DNA of 64,000 bases from the NCBI GenBank assembly GCA_964016885.1, contig OZ024740.1, positions 347,448,001-347,512,000 on the forward strand, written 5' to 3'. Both the position numbers and the translations under genes were made by a program. Under the pieces are notes generated by a model. That model made no database searches and was not told the DNA's origin. It saw nothing but the letters and a program-made list of their open reading frames with translations. Below are positions 43,319 to 58,103 of this stretch, in pieces; positions within the stretch are counted from its first letter, which is position 1; every line of letters begins with the position of its first letter. The DNA comes from Eledone cirrhosa (taxonomy: Eukaryota).

Positions 43319-44104
43319 CTTGCTCAAGTCGCAGACATTATTGTCAGAGCCATAGAGAGGCTGTCTTATTATTCATTTTGTCATTAAACCCCTTGGCCTT
43401 TCTGCTCACGAAATGTAAGAGATACATCATTGGCTCACAGGAGGACAGAAATACGAACCTAACCCATAATTTCTTTGTCGAGGATGATCTGAAACTCTAT
43501 GCCAAGAACATGGATGGGATGAAGAAAAATCTTGACCTGGTTACAACGTTCTCAAAGGATATAGGAATGGAATTTGGCCAAGATAAATGCTCATACATGA
43601 CTGTAAAGCGGAGAAAAGCACAACCTAATCTAGCAACATTGTCATCAATGACCTAACTGTTTCATCGATATCTGATGAGGACTGCTACAGATACCTGGGG
43701 ATAGATGAGAACATATCCTATAATGATATCTGTAATAAAGAACGCGTAACCAGGGAATACTACACCCGATTAAGAAAGAATTTGTCATCGGAACTATCTG
43801 CGCAAAACAAAACAGTGGCTCACAATGTGTTTGCTGTGCCTGTCCTAACACCAACGATGGAATACTCAATTGGATGATATACGACATCCTAGCAGTTGAT
43901 GTTGAAACTCGAAAAATACAACACCGGACACTTCCACATCAACAGTGACATAGACCGTCTTTATTTGAAACGTAAGCAGGGAGGCAAGGGCCTAACATCA
44001 GTCCAGACAGCATTTGAATGTCACATCATAGCTCTCCGACAACATCTACGAACCTCGAAGCGTAGGAGCCCGTCTCTCGAGCAAGTCTGTCTGTAGATAA
44101 GATC

Positions 44105-44971
44105 ATGAGAGTTGGGAAGGAACTCCTCGAGAGATATTCCCTGTGTGATAATCAAAAACTCACACCCAGGGAAGTCGCTCAGCAGTATCGCAGTGAATCT
44201 ATGGATGAAAAACTGCATGCTTATCAGCAAAAAATTATGCATGGATATGTTGCCAGGAAGCTCCAGAATGAGACTAATATAGATAAGGAAAGTAGTCTAT
44301 CTTGGATCAACAACCGCTATATTAACGCCCACTTTGAAGGAAACGCTTTTGCAATCCAAGAACAGGAGATGAACACGAAATACCTGATTCACAAAAGAGA
44401 TAGGGGTGCAGGAAAAACGCCTAGATGTGATAACAAGTGCAGACTCTGCAGAACTAACATCGAGGATATCACCCATGTCATCAGCAGCTGTCCAAAGATG
44501 TCATCGCGGTACTGTCTACCTATGAGGCATGATTTAGTGGCCAAAACACTGTACGATGCAGTTCGTAAAAAAGATAGCCCCGATAATAAACACATTAAAA
44601 GCTACAGCAATGTGGAAGACATCCATGTACATAATATGAAAGAGTACTGGTGGAATGTTCCAGTAAAAACCCCAATAAGATGCAGGCATAACAGACCAGA
44701 TATTATGATATGGGACAGGGAGAAGAAAGCATGCACAGTAGTGGAAATTAGCTGCCCAGCAGATGCCAATATAATATCAAAGATTAGCGAAAAGGAGAAT
44801 ATTTATGCAGAACTGATGAGAAATCTGCAGATACTCCACCCTGATTACACCTTCAGATTTATGCCTGTGATTATTGGGGCACTGGGGTATGTTAGTAAAT
44901 GCCTCAATACAAATCTTGAGAAGCTAGGCTTCACAGGAACAGAAAGAACACAACTAGTTAGGAAATTATAA
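44105..44971 (+). pseudogene. C-terminal CCHC + PD-(D/E)xK restriction-like endonuclease fragment of the LINE ORF
   Basis: CRLCRTNIEDITHVISSC, MRHD, RPDIMIWD...VEISCP. Confidence 0.85.
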
Positions 44972-45244
44972 GAATAATCCATTAATGGAACAGTAAAAAT
45001 AGCTAAAACATTCCAAAAATGTTGCATCTAATAACTGCATATGCACATGTACAGATACAAAGCATATACACATGCACACATACAACTCAAAACATACACA
45101 TCCATATCTACACATGCATACATAATCTACCTAGTTGATGTTGTGTAAATTTCAATGAGAGAGTATTGTGTCTATATTAGAAACCGACTCTCTCTCTATT
45201 GGGAAAAAATTGTGAAATTATAAAACTAGAAGAACATACATAAT

Positions 45245-45443
45245 TGTTTCTACTTTTGGCAAAAGGCCAGCAATTACCCAGTGTATTACTGGTACTTTAT
45301 TTTATCGACCCCATAAGGATGAAAGGCAAAGTTAACCTCGGCGGGATTTGAACTCAGAATTGCAAGGTCGTAACTCTATGCCGTAACTCTATGCGTCAAA
45401 GCATGGCGTCCGACCCTCTACCGATACTGCCAATCCACCGCCC
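45245..45443 (-). mobile_element. Full-length tRNA SINE with 17 bp target-site duplication
   Basis: AGAAGAACATACATAAT at both 45228-45244 and 45444-45460. Confidence 0.9.
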
Positions 45444-45821
45444 AGAAGAACATACATAATGGCTGCAAATCAGTTTAGAGTAATGCCATCCCTTGATACG
45501 TAATCATGAGCATCACAGATATGGCTTTTTAGTCGTTTTAGAGACTTGCTTATGGCCAGCAATACTATGCATCATAAAAAATGTCACATATCAAGCGATG
45601 TCTGTGTTTGAAGCTTTTTAAGTGAGTAAAGGCTTTTCACGGGGCCAATCCCGCTTTGAACATCAAATGCTCCAACAGAAGAACTGCTCTACATCATTCG
45701 ATGCAAACAAAGTCACAAGTTTTATAGCAGAGTGACATTCTCTAAGAGAGATGTCTTAATGAAAACTAGGAGTCTCTTGCGCCACAAAAAAAATACATAC
45801 ATACATACATAAATACATACA

Positions 45822-48040
45822 AAGTGCTTAATAACAGATTCAGGCGAAACCAAACATCAGTCGATAGAGATATCAAGGGCAAAATAATAAGTGTCACTGT
45901 GGCCCCATCCCAGAAAGACATAGATTCCTTTTTGGAGAAGAATATGGGGTGAAAAGAAGAATTACAACCAAGATGCAGTGTGGCTAAAAGAAATCCAAAA
46001 GAACTATTGCTCCTACACTACAACAAAAACATACGAAATAAATGAGGATACCCTTGAGACTTCGATAGGAAAACTCCAAGATAAGAAAACGCCAGCAAGA
46101 GACATGATTGTCGGCTACTGGTACACAAAACTGATATTCTATCGGAGTTATCTTATCGACCTCTACCAACAATTATTATCAAAGCCATAGAGAAGCAGTC
46201 TTCTTCTTTGACTACTATCCTAAAACAGAGAAGGAGGAATCTATTTCCACTGATAAAATAGAATATCAGAGGTATATTTGAAGGAAACAGTTTCTCTGTG
46301 ATACTATTTATCCTGTCATTAAACTCCTTTTCCTTTCTGCTCAAGAAATGTGAAGGATACATCATTGGCTCACAGGAGGAGAGAAATACGAACTTAACCC
46401 ATAATTTCTTTCTGGATGATCTGAAACTCTATGCCAAGAACATGGATGGGATGAAGAAAATCTTGACCTGGTTACAACGTTCTCAAAGGATATAGGAATG
46501 GAGTTTGGCCAAGATAAATGCTCATACATGACTGTGAAGCGGGGGAAAACAACAACCCAATCTAGCAACATTGTCATCAATGGCCTAACTGTTTCACCGA
46601 TATCTGATGAGGACTGCTACAGATACCTGGGGATAGACGAGAACATATGCTATAATGGTATCTGTAATAAGGAACGCGTAACTAGGGAATACTACACCCG
46701 ATTAAGAAAGATATGGTCAGCGAAACTCTCTGCGAACAATAAAACAGTGGCTCACAATGTGTTTGCTGTGCCTGTCCTAACACCAACGTTTGGAATACTC
46801 AATTGGACGAAAGACGAATTCCGAGCAATTGATGTTAAGACTCGAAAAATACTAAACAACACTGGAAACTTCCACATCAACAGTGACATAGACCGCCTCT
46901 ACTTGAAACGTAAGCAGTGAGGCAGAGGCCTAACATCAGTCCAGACAGCTTTTGAATGTCGCATCATATCCCTCCGACACCATCTACGAACCTCGAAGCG
47001 TAGGATCCCGTCTCTCGAGCAAGTCTATCTGCATGAGACAGATAAGATCATGAGAGTTGGGAAGGAACTCATTGAAAAGCATGCTTATCAGCAAAGAATC
47101 ATGCATGGATATGTTGCCAGGAAGCTCCAGAGTGAGAGTAATATAGATAAACAAACTAGTCTATATTGGACCAACAATCCTATATTGGCTCCCACTTTGA
47201 AGGATACGCTTTTACAATCCAAGAACAGGAGATCAACACGAAATACCTGATCCACAAAAAAGATAGGAAGTCAGGCTAAACACCTAGATGTGACAACAAG
47301 TGCAGACTCTGCAGAATTAATATCGAAGATGTCATAAGCAGCTGTCCAAAGATGTCATCGCGGTACTATTTACCTATGAGGCATGATGTAGTGGCCAAAA
47401 CACTGTACAATATAATCCGTAGAAAAGGTAGCCCCGATAATAAACACATTAAAAGCTACAGCAATGTGCCTTCAATCATTAGAATGAATTTTATTTAAAA
47501 TTCATTCTGATGATTGAAGGCAGACATAATAGGAAAGAGAACTGGTGAAATGCTCCAGTAAAAACCCAAATGAGATGCAGGCATTAAAGACCAGATATAA
47601 GGATATGGGACAGGGAAGAGAAGGCATGCTCAGTAGTTGAGGTTAACTGTCCAGCTGATGCCATTATAATATTAAAGATTAGCGAAAAGGAGAATATCTA
47701 TGCCGATAAATCTGCAAATGATAAATCTGCAAATGCTCCACCCTGATTATACCTTCAGATTTATGCTGTGATTATTGGGGCACCGGGATATGTTAGTAAC
47801 TGCCTCAGTACAACTCTTGTGAAGTGGGGCTTCACAGAAAGAGATAGAACACGACTAGTTAGGAAATTACAAGTACAATCCAATAATGGAACAGTAAAAG
47901 TATGTAAAACATTCCAAAAATTCTGCATCTAATAACTCCATGTACACAGATACAAAGCATATCCACATGAACACATACAACTCAAAACATACACATCAAC
48001 ATACAAGCACATCCATACCTGCACACACATGCATGCACGC
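45822..48040 (+). mobile_element. Second R4/Dong-type LINE copy, 5'-truncated with internal deletions
   Basis: Starts after (TACA)n; IRGIFEGNSFS, HNFFLDDLKLY, YRYLGI, DIDRLYLKR, CRLC; collinear with 42608-45120. Confidence 0.88.
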
Positions 48041-48159
48041 TGGGCTTCACAAAACCAGAAAGAACACGACTATGCATTAATAGAACAGTAAAAATATGTA
48101 AACCATACCACAAATAATGCGTTTAATTATTGCATGTACACTGTATGTATACATGTATG

Positions 48160-48432
48160 CAGGGGCCTCGTTTGCCTTAAAAATGTGAGGGGGACAAACC
48201 AAGATTTTTTGTTTCTTAAAGGAGCATAAATTGTTTTATGGTGCCTTTCACAGAACCTATCACATAAGTAAAACTTTACGCTAATTAAATTGTATATATT
48301 CAAATGAAGTTCAGATATAAATAATAAGCTTAAAAAGAATTTATTATATCAAATAAACAAAAAATAAAATATAGACGTTTAAAAAAGTGGCACGGGACTT
48401 GTCCCCGGTACCCCTCTGAAACAAGGCCCTTG
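48160..48432. mobile_element. hAT-type MITE
   Basis: TIR CAGGGGCCTCGTTT / AAACAAGGCCCTTG; 8 bp TSD CATGTATG at 48152-48159 and 48433-48440. Confidence 0.8.
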
Positions 48433-48780
48433 CATGTATGTTTGTATGGATGTGTGTACGCATGTGTATATGTATCTACGTATGTATGTATATATGTATG
48501 TATGCATACATGCATGTGTGTATGTAAGTTCTTCTGGTTTTATAATTTTCATGAATATAGATAGAGTCGGTTTCTAACATATACACAAGACACTTTCCTT
48601 GGAATTTAGACATATGTGTACACAGACAGACACACACACACATACACACATGCATACATATATATATATATAAGGAAAAGTAATCGAAAACGCAACTGCA
48701 GTCTTTTTAACAATATTTATTTATTTTACTTCTATTACTTTAACTTTTGTTTGTTTGTTTTTTAATAAAAAAAGACCCTC

Positions 48781-48838
<58 letters not shown>

Positions 48839-48881
48839 GAAAGTATAGAAATTGTTGTGAGCGTGAAGCCAACAGTATTTC

Positions 48882-48932
<51 letters not shown>

Positions 48933-49408
48933 TTCCACTCTTGGCGAGAGAAGAATGGGTTACAGAGTCAACGTATCGGGCATGTTCTCTTCATCAGGAA
49001 AAACACAAACGGAAAAGTGGAAAGGAAAGGAAATATTAAAAAGGTTGTTGAAATAAAATTATAAATAAAAGATAAAAAGAGAGTGGTGGGTGGGTGAGTG
49101 GTCAGGCCTGTGGGTGTGGGGATCAGTGGGAGGGTTGCAGACGTACAGTGAGTAGTAGTGTGCAAATGGCCTACATATTGCGATGCATGTGTGCGTGTGT
49201 GGGTGTTAAATATGTTGTTGATGGAAGTGTGTGTTGTTAATGTGTGTACACATGCATCCACGAACGCATGTACGAACGCGCACTCAAACACACGCACGCA
49301 CATGTGCACACACGCACACACCTGTGACTCTTTGCGCGCAGTCGCACATGTATGTGAGGGTGTATATGTTAGTATATGTGTTTCGAAGAGATGTGTGGTC
49401 GATGGTGC

Positions 49409-49466
<58 letters not shown>

Positions 49467-49489
49467 TATTTTCCGTAGTGTTGTAATAT

Positions 49490-50249
49490 AAATATTACAC
49501 ACAGTAGATGGACAGCTCACGTAGAGTTTGCTCGACGGTTCAAGTTGTAGTTCCAAAAGTAATCCGGAGAAAAATAGAAGGATTTTAATGGATACAGTTT
49601 AGTTAAAAGGAATTTATTGACACGTGTTTCTATAACAGTTACATAACCTGAAAACAGCTGCTATCTACAAAGTATTAGTTATGCAGACATTCAATATTTC
49701 AATGTTATTATCAACTGTCATTTCATCGGAATAATTTTACTGAGGACCTGTTTGGTTTTTATAGAGAATATTAGGAGGGAGGGGTGAAGTTGTTAGAAGA
49801 ATAGTTGAGGGAGTGGTTTTTTGATAGCAGTGAGAATTTTTGGTGGCAGTGAGTAATTAGATTCCCATCTGTTGTTTTGACATTTTTATAGAATATATTA
49901 TTGGTTATTTTTCTAAATCTATAGAAGGATTAGAGATAGTATAGATATGCGTGGTTGGTTTTGTGTTTGCACTTAATTAACATTCAGACTTAAATTTTTC
50001 TTTCAAGTTTACGTATCCTTTCGCCCACGCATTCACACACAAACATATATGCACACCTCTACAAAATACATATACTCACATACACATACTTACATGCTCA
50101 TATTTACATACATATACACATGCATACATATATATATACACATATATACATGTACATACATACGCGTTCATGTGTATACATTTTCATACTCAACTTATCT
50201 TTATATACACACGTATAGACACACACATATATACACACATACTCCAGTC

Positions 50250-50326
<77 letters not shown>

Positions 50327-51630
50327 ACTTTAATACATGAATACACTTACATCTAACTATACACATCAAACATATATATATATTTACTTATTTATATACA
50401 TTTTTCCCATATATATACATACTTATGGTCGCTTTTAGACACATTCATTATAGTATATTTGCACCTATTCTCATCAGCATATCTTTCCATTATTAGTGTG
50501 GTAATTTAAGGTTATTAATATACATATATATGTTGAGAAGAGATTATTTTTATATTTTACTAACTAGATTGAGGTTTATATAGTTGGGGGGATGTCCCTC
50601 TTTTATGTAATATTCAGCTTGTAGTGAGAAAAAAGGGTTTTAGTTCGGTGACGGCAGAATAATGTTCGTTCAATTCTGTTATTCAGCAATTTCCTCTTGT
50701 GTATGATTATGTAATAGATCTCAAGATTACACAATTTGCAGAAATTTTGGCTCCTGGAAAAGCTTTGGGTTTTAGCTAATTTCTCCCATTTTAGGGTAAA
50801 CTTTTGATCGCTATCCCTGAGCGTCCAAGCTTTTTCTGCTAAAGTTGTTACATTTCTTTGGCTCTGGTGTTTTATTGAGTAAGAATGCCTATATAATCGA
50901 GATTTAAACGATGTTGCCGTTGATCTCACGTAATACCACTTGTTGCCTCCGGATTTAATGGTACACTTATAAATAATATTTTTTTCCAGGCAGTTATTAC
51001 CGAGGGGGCAGTTGTCAGGATAGGTGCAGTTACAGTTGTGTACGTTGGGTTTTCTCTGGAGTAGTATTGCGGACGAACTTAGGTGTGGTTTATTTATGTT
51101 CTGTAGTGTATTGACTACTGTTTTTTTTGTGTTCTTTGTACTTAAGTTTTTAGTGTTTTCGTTTAACCTTCTAGTATTGATCTTTTTATGTGTTGTTCAA
51201 GGTTTAACGCTGTAGAGTATGACAGTCTTATAGTGGTAGGGTTTAGGATTTTGTGGTATTTGTGTGATGTAGGAAAATGTCTCTTAATTATTTTAAAGAA
51301 GAGTACTGGTAAATTTGTACTAATGGAACTATTGTATTCAGGGTTATACCATAAGTACTCTTTGCATCGCTTTCTATTAGTTTTGTTTGTTGGTTTACTG
51401 GTGTGTATACTATGGTAGTAAGTGTGGTTTGGTGTTGTGTTATTATATCTACCTATGTGGGATTTATTTTGGGTGTTTTGATTGTTCTCATCTATATACT
51501 CTATTTTGTTGAGGTAGCCTGCTTTACTAAGGGCGTTATCGTAGTACTCGGCGTGTTCCTTAAATACTTGTATGTTAGAAGATAGACCCGAGATTCTAAG
51601 GGAAATATTTTTAGGGATAGATTTAATTAT
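49490..51630 (-). mobile_element. 5'-truncated Penelope-like element, Naiad type (RT thumb, linker, GIY-YIG, 3'UTR with hammerhead)
   Basis: IIKSIPKNISLRISGLSS..Y.NALSKAGY, WYNPEY, RHFP..H..HKILN..T..LSYS, CNCTYPDNCPLGNNC, NIIYKC, CKLCNLE, LLNNRIE...CRH; 3' boundary approximate. Confidence 0.85.
49614..49734 (-). ncRNA. Type I hammerhead ribozyme, U4C core, long stem II
   Basis: TTATT-CCGATGA-A-ATGACAGTT...AACTGTTAT-A-GAAA-CACGTGT-C-AATAA; palindromic stem III, GUC triplet. Confidence 0.75.
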
Positions 51631-51666
51631 AGAGATATAATTAATTATATATATATATATATATAA

Positions 51667-51794
<128 letters not shown>

Positions 51795-52105
51795 AACCAC
51801 GTAAAGATTAGCCTCAAATTCTATATATATATTCATCATCTGTATTACTTTACAACTGAGCGTTTACATTATTGAATGAGGAGATCCGCCAGGATGGAAA
51901 CATGCTCGTTCCTAGCCTTAATGTCTTCTGTTCTCTAAAGTTGTTTCCTTACTAGCGTTTCTTAAAACAAAAAGAACCCTTTCAGAAGGAATATTTCTCT
52001 TGACATTTTTTCCACTCAACTTTTCATATCATCTGTGAACGCCGGCATAGCAACTTGGGAAAGTGACTTTATCAAACACTGAAAACCATCATCGGATCTG
52101 ACGGA

Positions 52106-52208
<103 letters not shown>

Positions 52209-52289
52209 AGATGAGACCTGTTATTTGTAAAGACATTTTTTTCAATTCCAACCCGCCCGTACCTTCAATCTATCTCATTTCTCATTCTT

Positions 52290-52325
52290 TCTTCTGATGA
52301 AGGACTAGCGTCCGAAATGTTAAGA
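52290..52325 (+). ncRNA. Minimal type I hammerhead motif
   Basis: TCTT-CTGATGA-A-GGAC-TAGC-GTCC-GAAA-TGT-T-AAGA; stem III is probably CpG-decayed ACGT. Confidence 0.65.
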
Positions 52326-52409
52326 CCCTCTTCCTGCTATTTCAAGTGTTAACCTAACATATTCCTTCCATATACTGTACTGATTTTGTTGTTATTTCTG
52401 TTTACCTTT

Positions 52410-53400
<991 letters not shown>

Positions 53401-53555
53401 ACATTAACTTTTTACACTAACATATTCGAGATAACAAATCATACCATCTTAAAAACGGAAAGGCACAGTAGATAATCTTCTCCTAGATACACTGTCTGAA
53501 TAAAATGTAGGATTTTCATAGCTATAACTTCGTTTCCATCCAAATCCCGTTTTAA

Positions 53556-53757
53556 ACCTTTAGCATTTACATTACTCTATATTAACCATTGTATTTTGGG
53601 GGTAAAAGGTTTCACAATATCGAATCTATGAAATTTTGATATCATTTATTTTGAGAACAATACCTTAATGTCAGTATGAGTGGCCAGTTACAGCCAGTTT
53701 GAACAGAAAGAGGAAAGAAAATTCTGGCCAGATATGGCCGGTTTAAATGCTAAAGGA
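53556..53757. mobile_element. TTAA-flanked MITE (piggyBac-like)
   Basis: TTAA-ACCTTTAGCATTTA ... TAAATGCTAAAGGA-TTAA. Confidence 0.65.
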
Positions 53758-56439
53758 TTAAACAGATAATGACGGGTACATCGAATATTGTAGCCGTTGG
53801 TCTACAAAAAGGCTTTCACAGCTGAAATAAGTTTGATCATATAACTGCTGGAATCAGGGCATACCTCGATTAAAACAACGTTGACAATAACATCAACGAT
53901 AACAACAGTATATATATCAACAGTTTGACATAAACAACATCAACGAAAATATCAACAACAACGACAAAACCCACATTACCAGCGGAAACAACTGGTTATA
54001 AATGTTGTTAATGCTTTTTGTTATGTCTTCAAATATGCTGGATTGTTAACAAAAAAACTTACCCTTATTGAGAACGTCTAACAATATTATCTGTTTTGCA
54101 TGTAAATGGACGAATAGATCACGTTCTTTGTGTTTGGAAATTAAATGTGTGACGTATTTTCTAACGTTCGGAGAACACCAATCAAATGTTGATGACTAAA
54201 TACTATTTTTATCTTTACAAATACATTAGCTCATATATATTCTATTTTACGAAGTTCACATTTGTATAAATAACATTACAAGCTCACAATTCTTTCACGC
54301 TGAAAATATAAACACATATAACAAATACAATTAACCATTGTTAAGAACTTCACAAATCCACGCCCCAAAATATACGACGAGAGCGAGAGAATGATGAAGA
54401 AACAAAGGGCAACAAAAACAAAAACATCCATCAATTCACGTTCAAGTGCGACAATCAGCCACACATCACAAGGATCAACGATATATGTCGAGGCAAGCTA
54501 ATACGATCGCAGCATTACCACGGGTGATGGTGAGGCTAAGCGGCTGAAACAACCAAGCACACCCACGGCACGGGCATCACCCGGCACCCCAATATGGCGA
54601 GCCGCCAGCGATGACAAGATCTTCGTCCATAGGCTGGAAAAGTAATTGCTAGATAGATCCCTTTATTTCCGGATTTTATTCCATTCGTCAACGGAAGTAG
54701 TGACCCTCATATTTACCGTGGCATCCATGATGTAGGAGGGAGCAAAGGAGACACTGAGGCGTCACATGTGATGCTGCCTGCTTTCGTCAATCGTGTGAAA
54801 GCAATCGTGTCCTAGCAAAGTAACCTAAACAAAGTAACAAGAAACTCCAGCTTCAAAGGAAATATAAAAATTATAGTTCACTAATAACTAGCTGTTGAAA
54901 CGGCAAGAGCTCAGCCGTCCGGTCCCGACACTTTATAATATACCAATACTCTACTACCCCAAGTATCGAGTACTCTGTTGAGTAATGGTCTAACCAGTTT
55001 CAAACTTTATATATATATATATTACAATGTTTTCTATACCTTTCATTTATATATATATATATATATACAAATAACTATATGTATATATATGTGTCTGTGT
55101 GTGTGTGTAAAAGATAAACAGAAATAACAATACAATCAGTACAGTATCGACAGTCGGTCGACTTTTCGTCAAATCGGACCGAGGAAACAATGTTTCCGTT
55201 GGTCTTTCCAATTGCTCATACTATCTATCGGTTGTCGGAGGTGCAATGTGAAATAAAGTGTCATGCTCAAGGACAAAACGAATCGCCTGGTCCAGAAATC
55301 GAAATTACAACCTCACAATTGCGAATCCAATTCTCTAACCACTCTGCCACGTGCCTTCATTCAAGAAAGAATAAGAAATTAGAAAAATTGAAGGGGTGGA
55401 CAGGGCGGAAAAAGATAGTTAAGGGCAGATTTCTAGCAGAGAAACCTAAAATAAGCCTGATCTACCATTAAGCTTGCCATTATTGCAGTTTCCACCGACA
55501 AGGCAATATTGTTCATTTTCTTATATAGGATGGACAATACCAAAGAATTTCAGTTTCATAAGGCAGCTTCTTTGAAAGTATAACTTGTATTTACCTGTTA
55601 GTAAACGGAAAACGTCTAATGCCTTTCGAGCATGGTGTAACATTTCAAGCATGCATAGATCAGGCATCTAAGTAAATATGTGTAGACCAAGACAGGGACG
55701 GGTATAAATGCCGTTAGATATAGCAGATATATATCACTTCTATCAACTCAACAATAATAGAGTAGCAAATAACAAACAGAAATTTATTTGTCACTGATAT
55801 ACAGAGAATCTTAATAAATGATAGCTAAGAAATATCACTCAGAGATTATATAAACATATATAGAGTAACATGTATGAAGTTAGCTAAAGGCAGATTCCTA
55901 GCAAAGTAACCTAAAATAAACCTTTTCTACTATTAATCTCGCCATTACTGCATCTCCACCGATAAGACAATGTTTGCAATTCTATTATTGGAAGCCTGAT
56001 CTTGGCATGCGTGAAAATTCCAACTATGCTCGAACGACAGTGGATGTTTTCCGTTTACTAACAAGTAAATATTAATTTATAATTTCGAAGAAGCTATAAT
56101 AGAATGGCCAATATTGTTTTATCAGTGGAACCTGCAGTAAGGGCGAGATAAATGGTAGGGCATGCTTATTGTATGTTACTTTGTTAGAAATCTGCCCATA
56201 GTTAACTTTGTAAAAGTTAGTATATATATGTATTATTTAGAAAGTGAGGTTATTTACAAAATGAGAAAAAACTGAGGTGTCCTAAACGAGTGAAAGTATA
56301 AGAAAAAAAGATGAAATCGAAAATGCAACTGGAGTCTTTTTTTTTTTTATATATTTATTTGGTTCCTTAACGGTTTCGCAGTTCTTCTGCTTTTCAAAAG
56401 TAGAATTGAGATGGAAAGTTTGTGGGTTTTCTCACATCT

Positions 56440-56499
<60 letters not shown>

Positions 56500-56622
56500 A
56501 GATGTGATATATATATACTAACTTTTACAAAGTTAACTATGGGCAGATTTCGAACAAAGTAACATACAGTGAGCATGTCCTACAATTTATCTCGCCATTA
56601 CTGCAGGTTCCACTGGTAAAAC

Positions 56623-56672
<50 letters not shown>

Positions 56673-56790
56673 CGGGTAAAATTCCCGAGATCCATGGACG
56701 AGTTCTCTCCAGCGGTCTCTGTCCTTCATCATCGCTGCCATACATATATATATAACATGTAGCGCAGTAAATAAATATATACATATACAC

Positions 56791-57036
56791 TAGGTATATA
56801 TATAATGTATAATAAACAATACAATATAATTACCTCATTACCATAGGTTTCCCGAATAAGACGAATACGAAAAACGTCCTCATTCGTTCATCGGACAAGG
56901 CAATTTAAAACATATGTTTTAAATTGCCTTGTCCGGTGAACGAATGAGGACGTTTTTCGTATTCGTCTTATTCGGGAAACCTCTGGTAATGAGGTAATTA
57001 TATTGTATTGTTTATTATACATTATATATATACCTA
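56791..57036. repeat. 246 bp spacerless palindrome made of two head-to-head hammerheads
   Basis: Axis at CAT|ATG 56913/56914; two mismatches seen between the arms. Confidence 0.9.
56828..56905 (-). ncRNA. Type I hammerhead ribozyme, U4C core, 11 bp stem I
   Basis: AATTGCCTTGT-CCGATGA-ACGAATGAGGACG...CGTCTTATTCGG-GAAA-CCTATGGT-A-ATGAGGTAATT; stem I pairs fully with 3 G-U. Confidence 0.8.
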
Positions 57037-57313
57037 TATATATATTGTTATACATGAGGAGGCTCATATTTGTGTATAATAATATTGCCAGAATTAATAA
57101 GAGAACACACTCACTGTTTGGTTGGTTTTAGCTTCTCTGTCTTTTATATCGGTTAATTTAATTTATTCGGTCCTCAATGTTACAGTGAGTGTGTTCTGTT
57201 ATTAATTCTGGCAATATTATTATACACAAATATGACCCTCCCCAAGTATACCAATATTTGTTTCGACACGCGATTTCATATCAAAAACCTCGCAAAACTA
57301 ATTCATCGCCGTC

Positions 57314-57445
<132 letters not shown>

Positions 57446-57934
57446 GTATATATATATGTATATATGTCTTCCTAAACGAACACTGAAATGTAAAACGTAT
57501 ACTGGTTTAAGTAAGTTTGTCATTTTTACCTATTACCGTTTTTCACCTCGTTTCATATTTTGCTTTTGTTTCCTTTACTGTTTTTGTTTTTGTTTCCTTT
57601 ACTGTTTTTTGTTTATATCACATTCCTATGACAATACACAATTACAAAGACTACAACGCATTAAAACGAAATACGAAATACAAAGAATATATTAAGCAAA
57701 AACAAAAATTATCAGGGGAAGTAACTTAATGATAATCTTTTAAATTTATTTCCCTTGGAAAAAGCCAATTTTGATTTTAAATATTTTATGTAGTAATTAT
57801 TTTAGCTTCAATTTTGATTTTATCTTACATTCACTTAAACATTTTTGCTGTCGTTTTTCTTGTTACCGTAGCTATTCTTGTTTTTGAACTGCAAACACGG
57901 AGATTATCATGCTACATTATTTATATATATATAA

Positions 57935-58103
57935 AGAGGGTCGGACCCCATGCTTTGCAGCAAAGAGTTACGTCCCTTTATGGTCTGAGTTCAAATCCCG
58001 CTGTGACTAACTTTGCCTTTCATCTTTACGGGGTCGATAAAATAAAGCACCAGTAATACACTGGGATAATTGCTGGCCTTGTGCCAAATGTAGAAACAAT
58101 TAT
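57935..58103 (+). mobile_element. tRNA-derived SINE, 5'-truncated
   Basis: Same SINE body. Confidence 0.8.

Larger units (their letters stand above)
41770..45236 (+). mobile_element. R4/Dong-clade LINE (RT + restriction-like endonuclease), disrupted, in (TACA)n
   Basis: KTPGRD, NYRPIAC, FF.DDLKLY, GMEFGQDKC; CRLC..E...H..SSC, RHD, RPDI..WD..VEISCP; preceded by (ACAT)n and ends GAAGAAC+ATACATA. Confidence 0.9.

Noticed and set aside
50603-51630. Naiad-type element as a selenoprotein (reported for some Naiads)
   Set aside because: The conserved Cys positions I translated here and at 33645-34000 use TGT/TGC, not TGA
54495-54811. Apparent two-exon gene on the minus strand
   Set aside because: The putative acceptor is part of a repeat also seen at 55898; the translation resembles nothing I recognise
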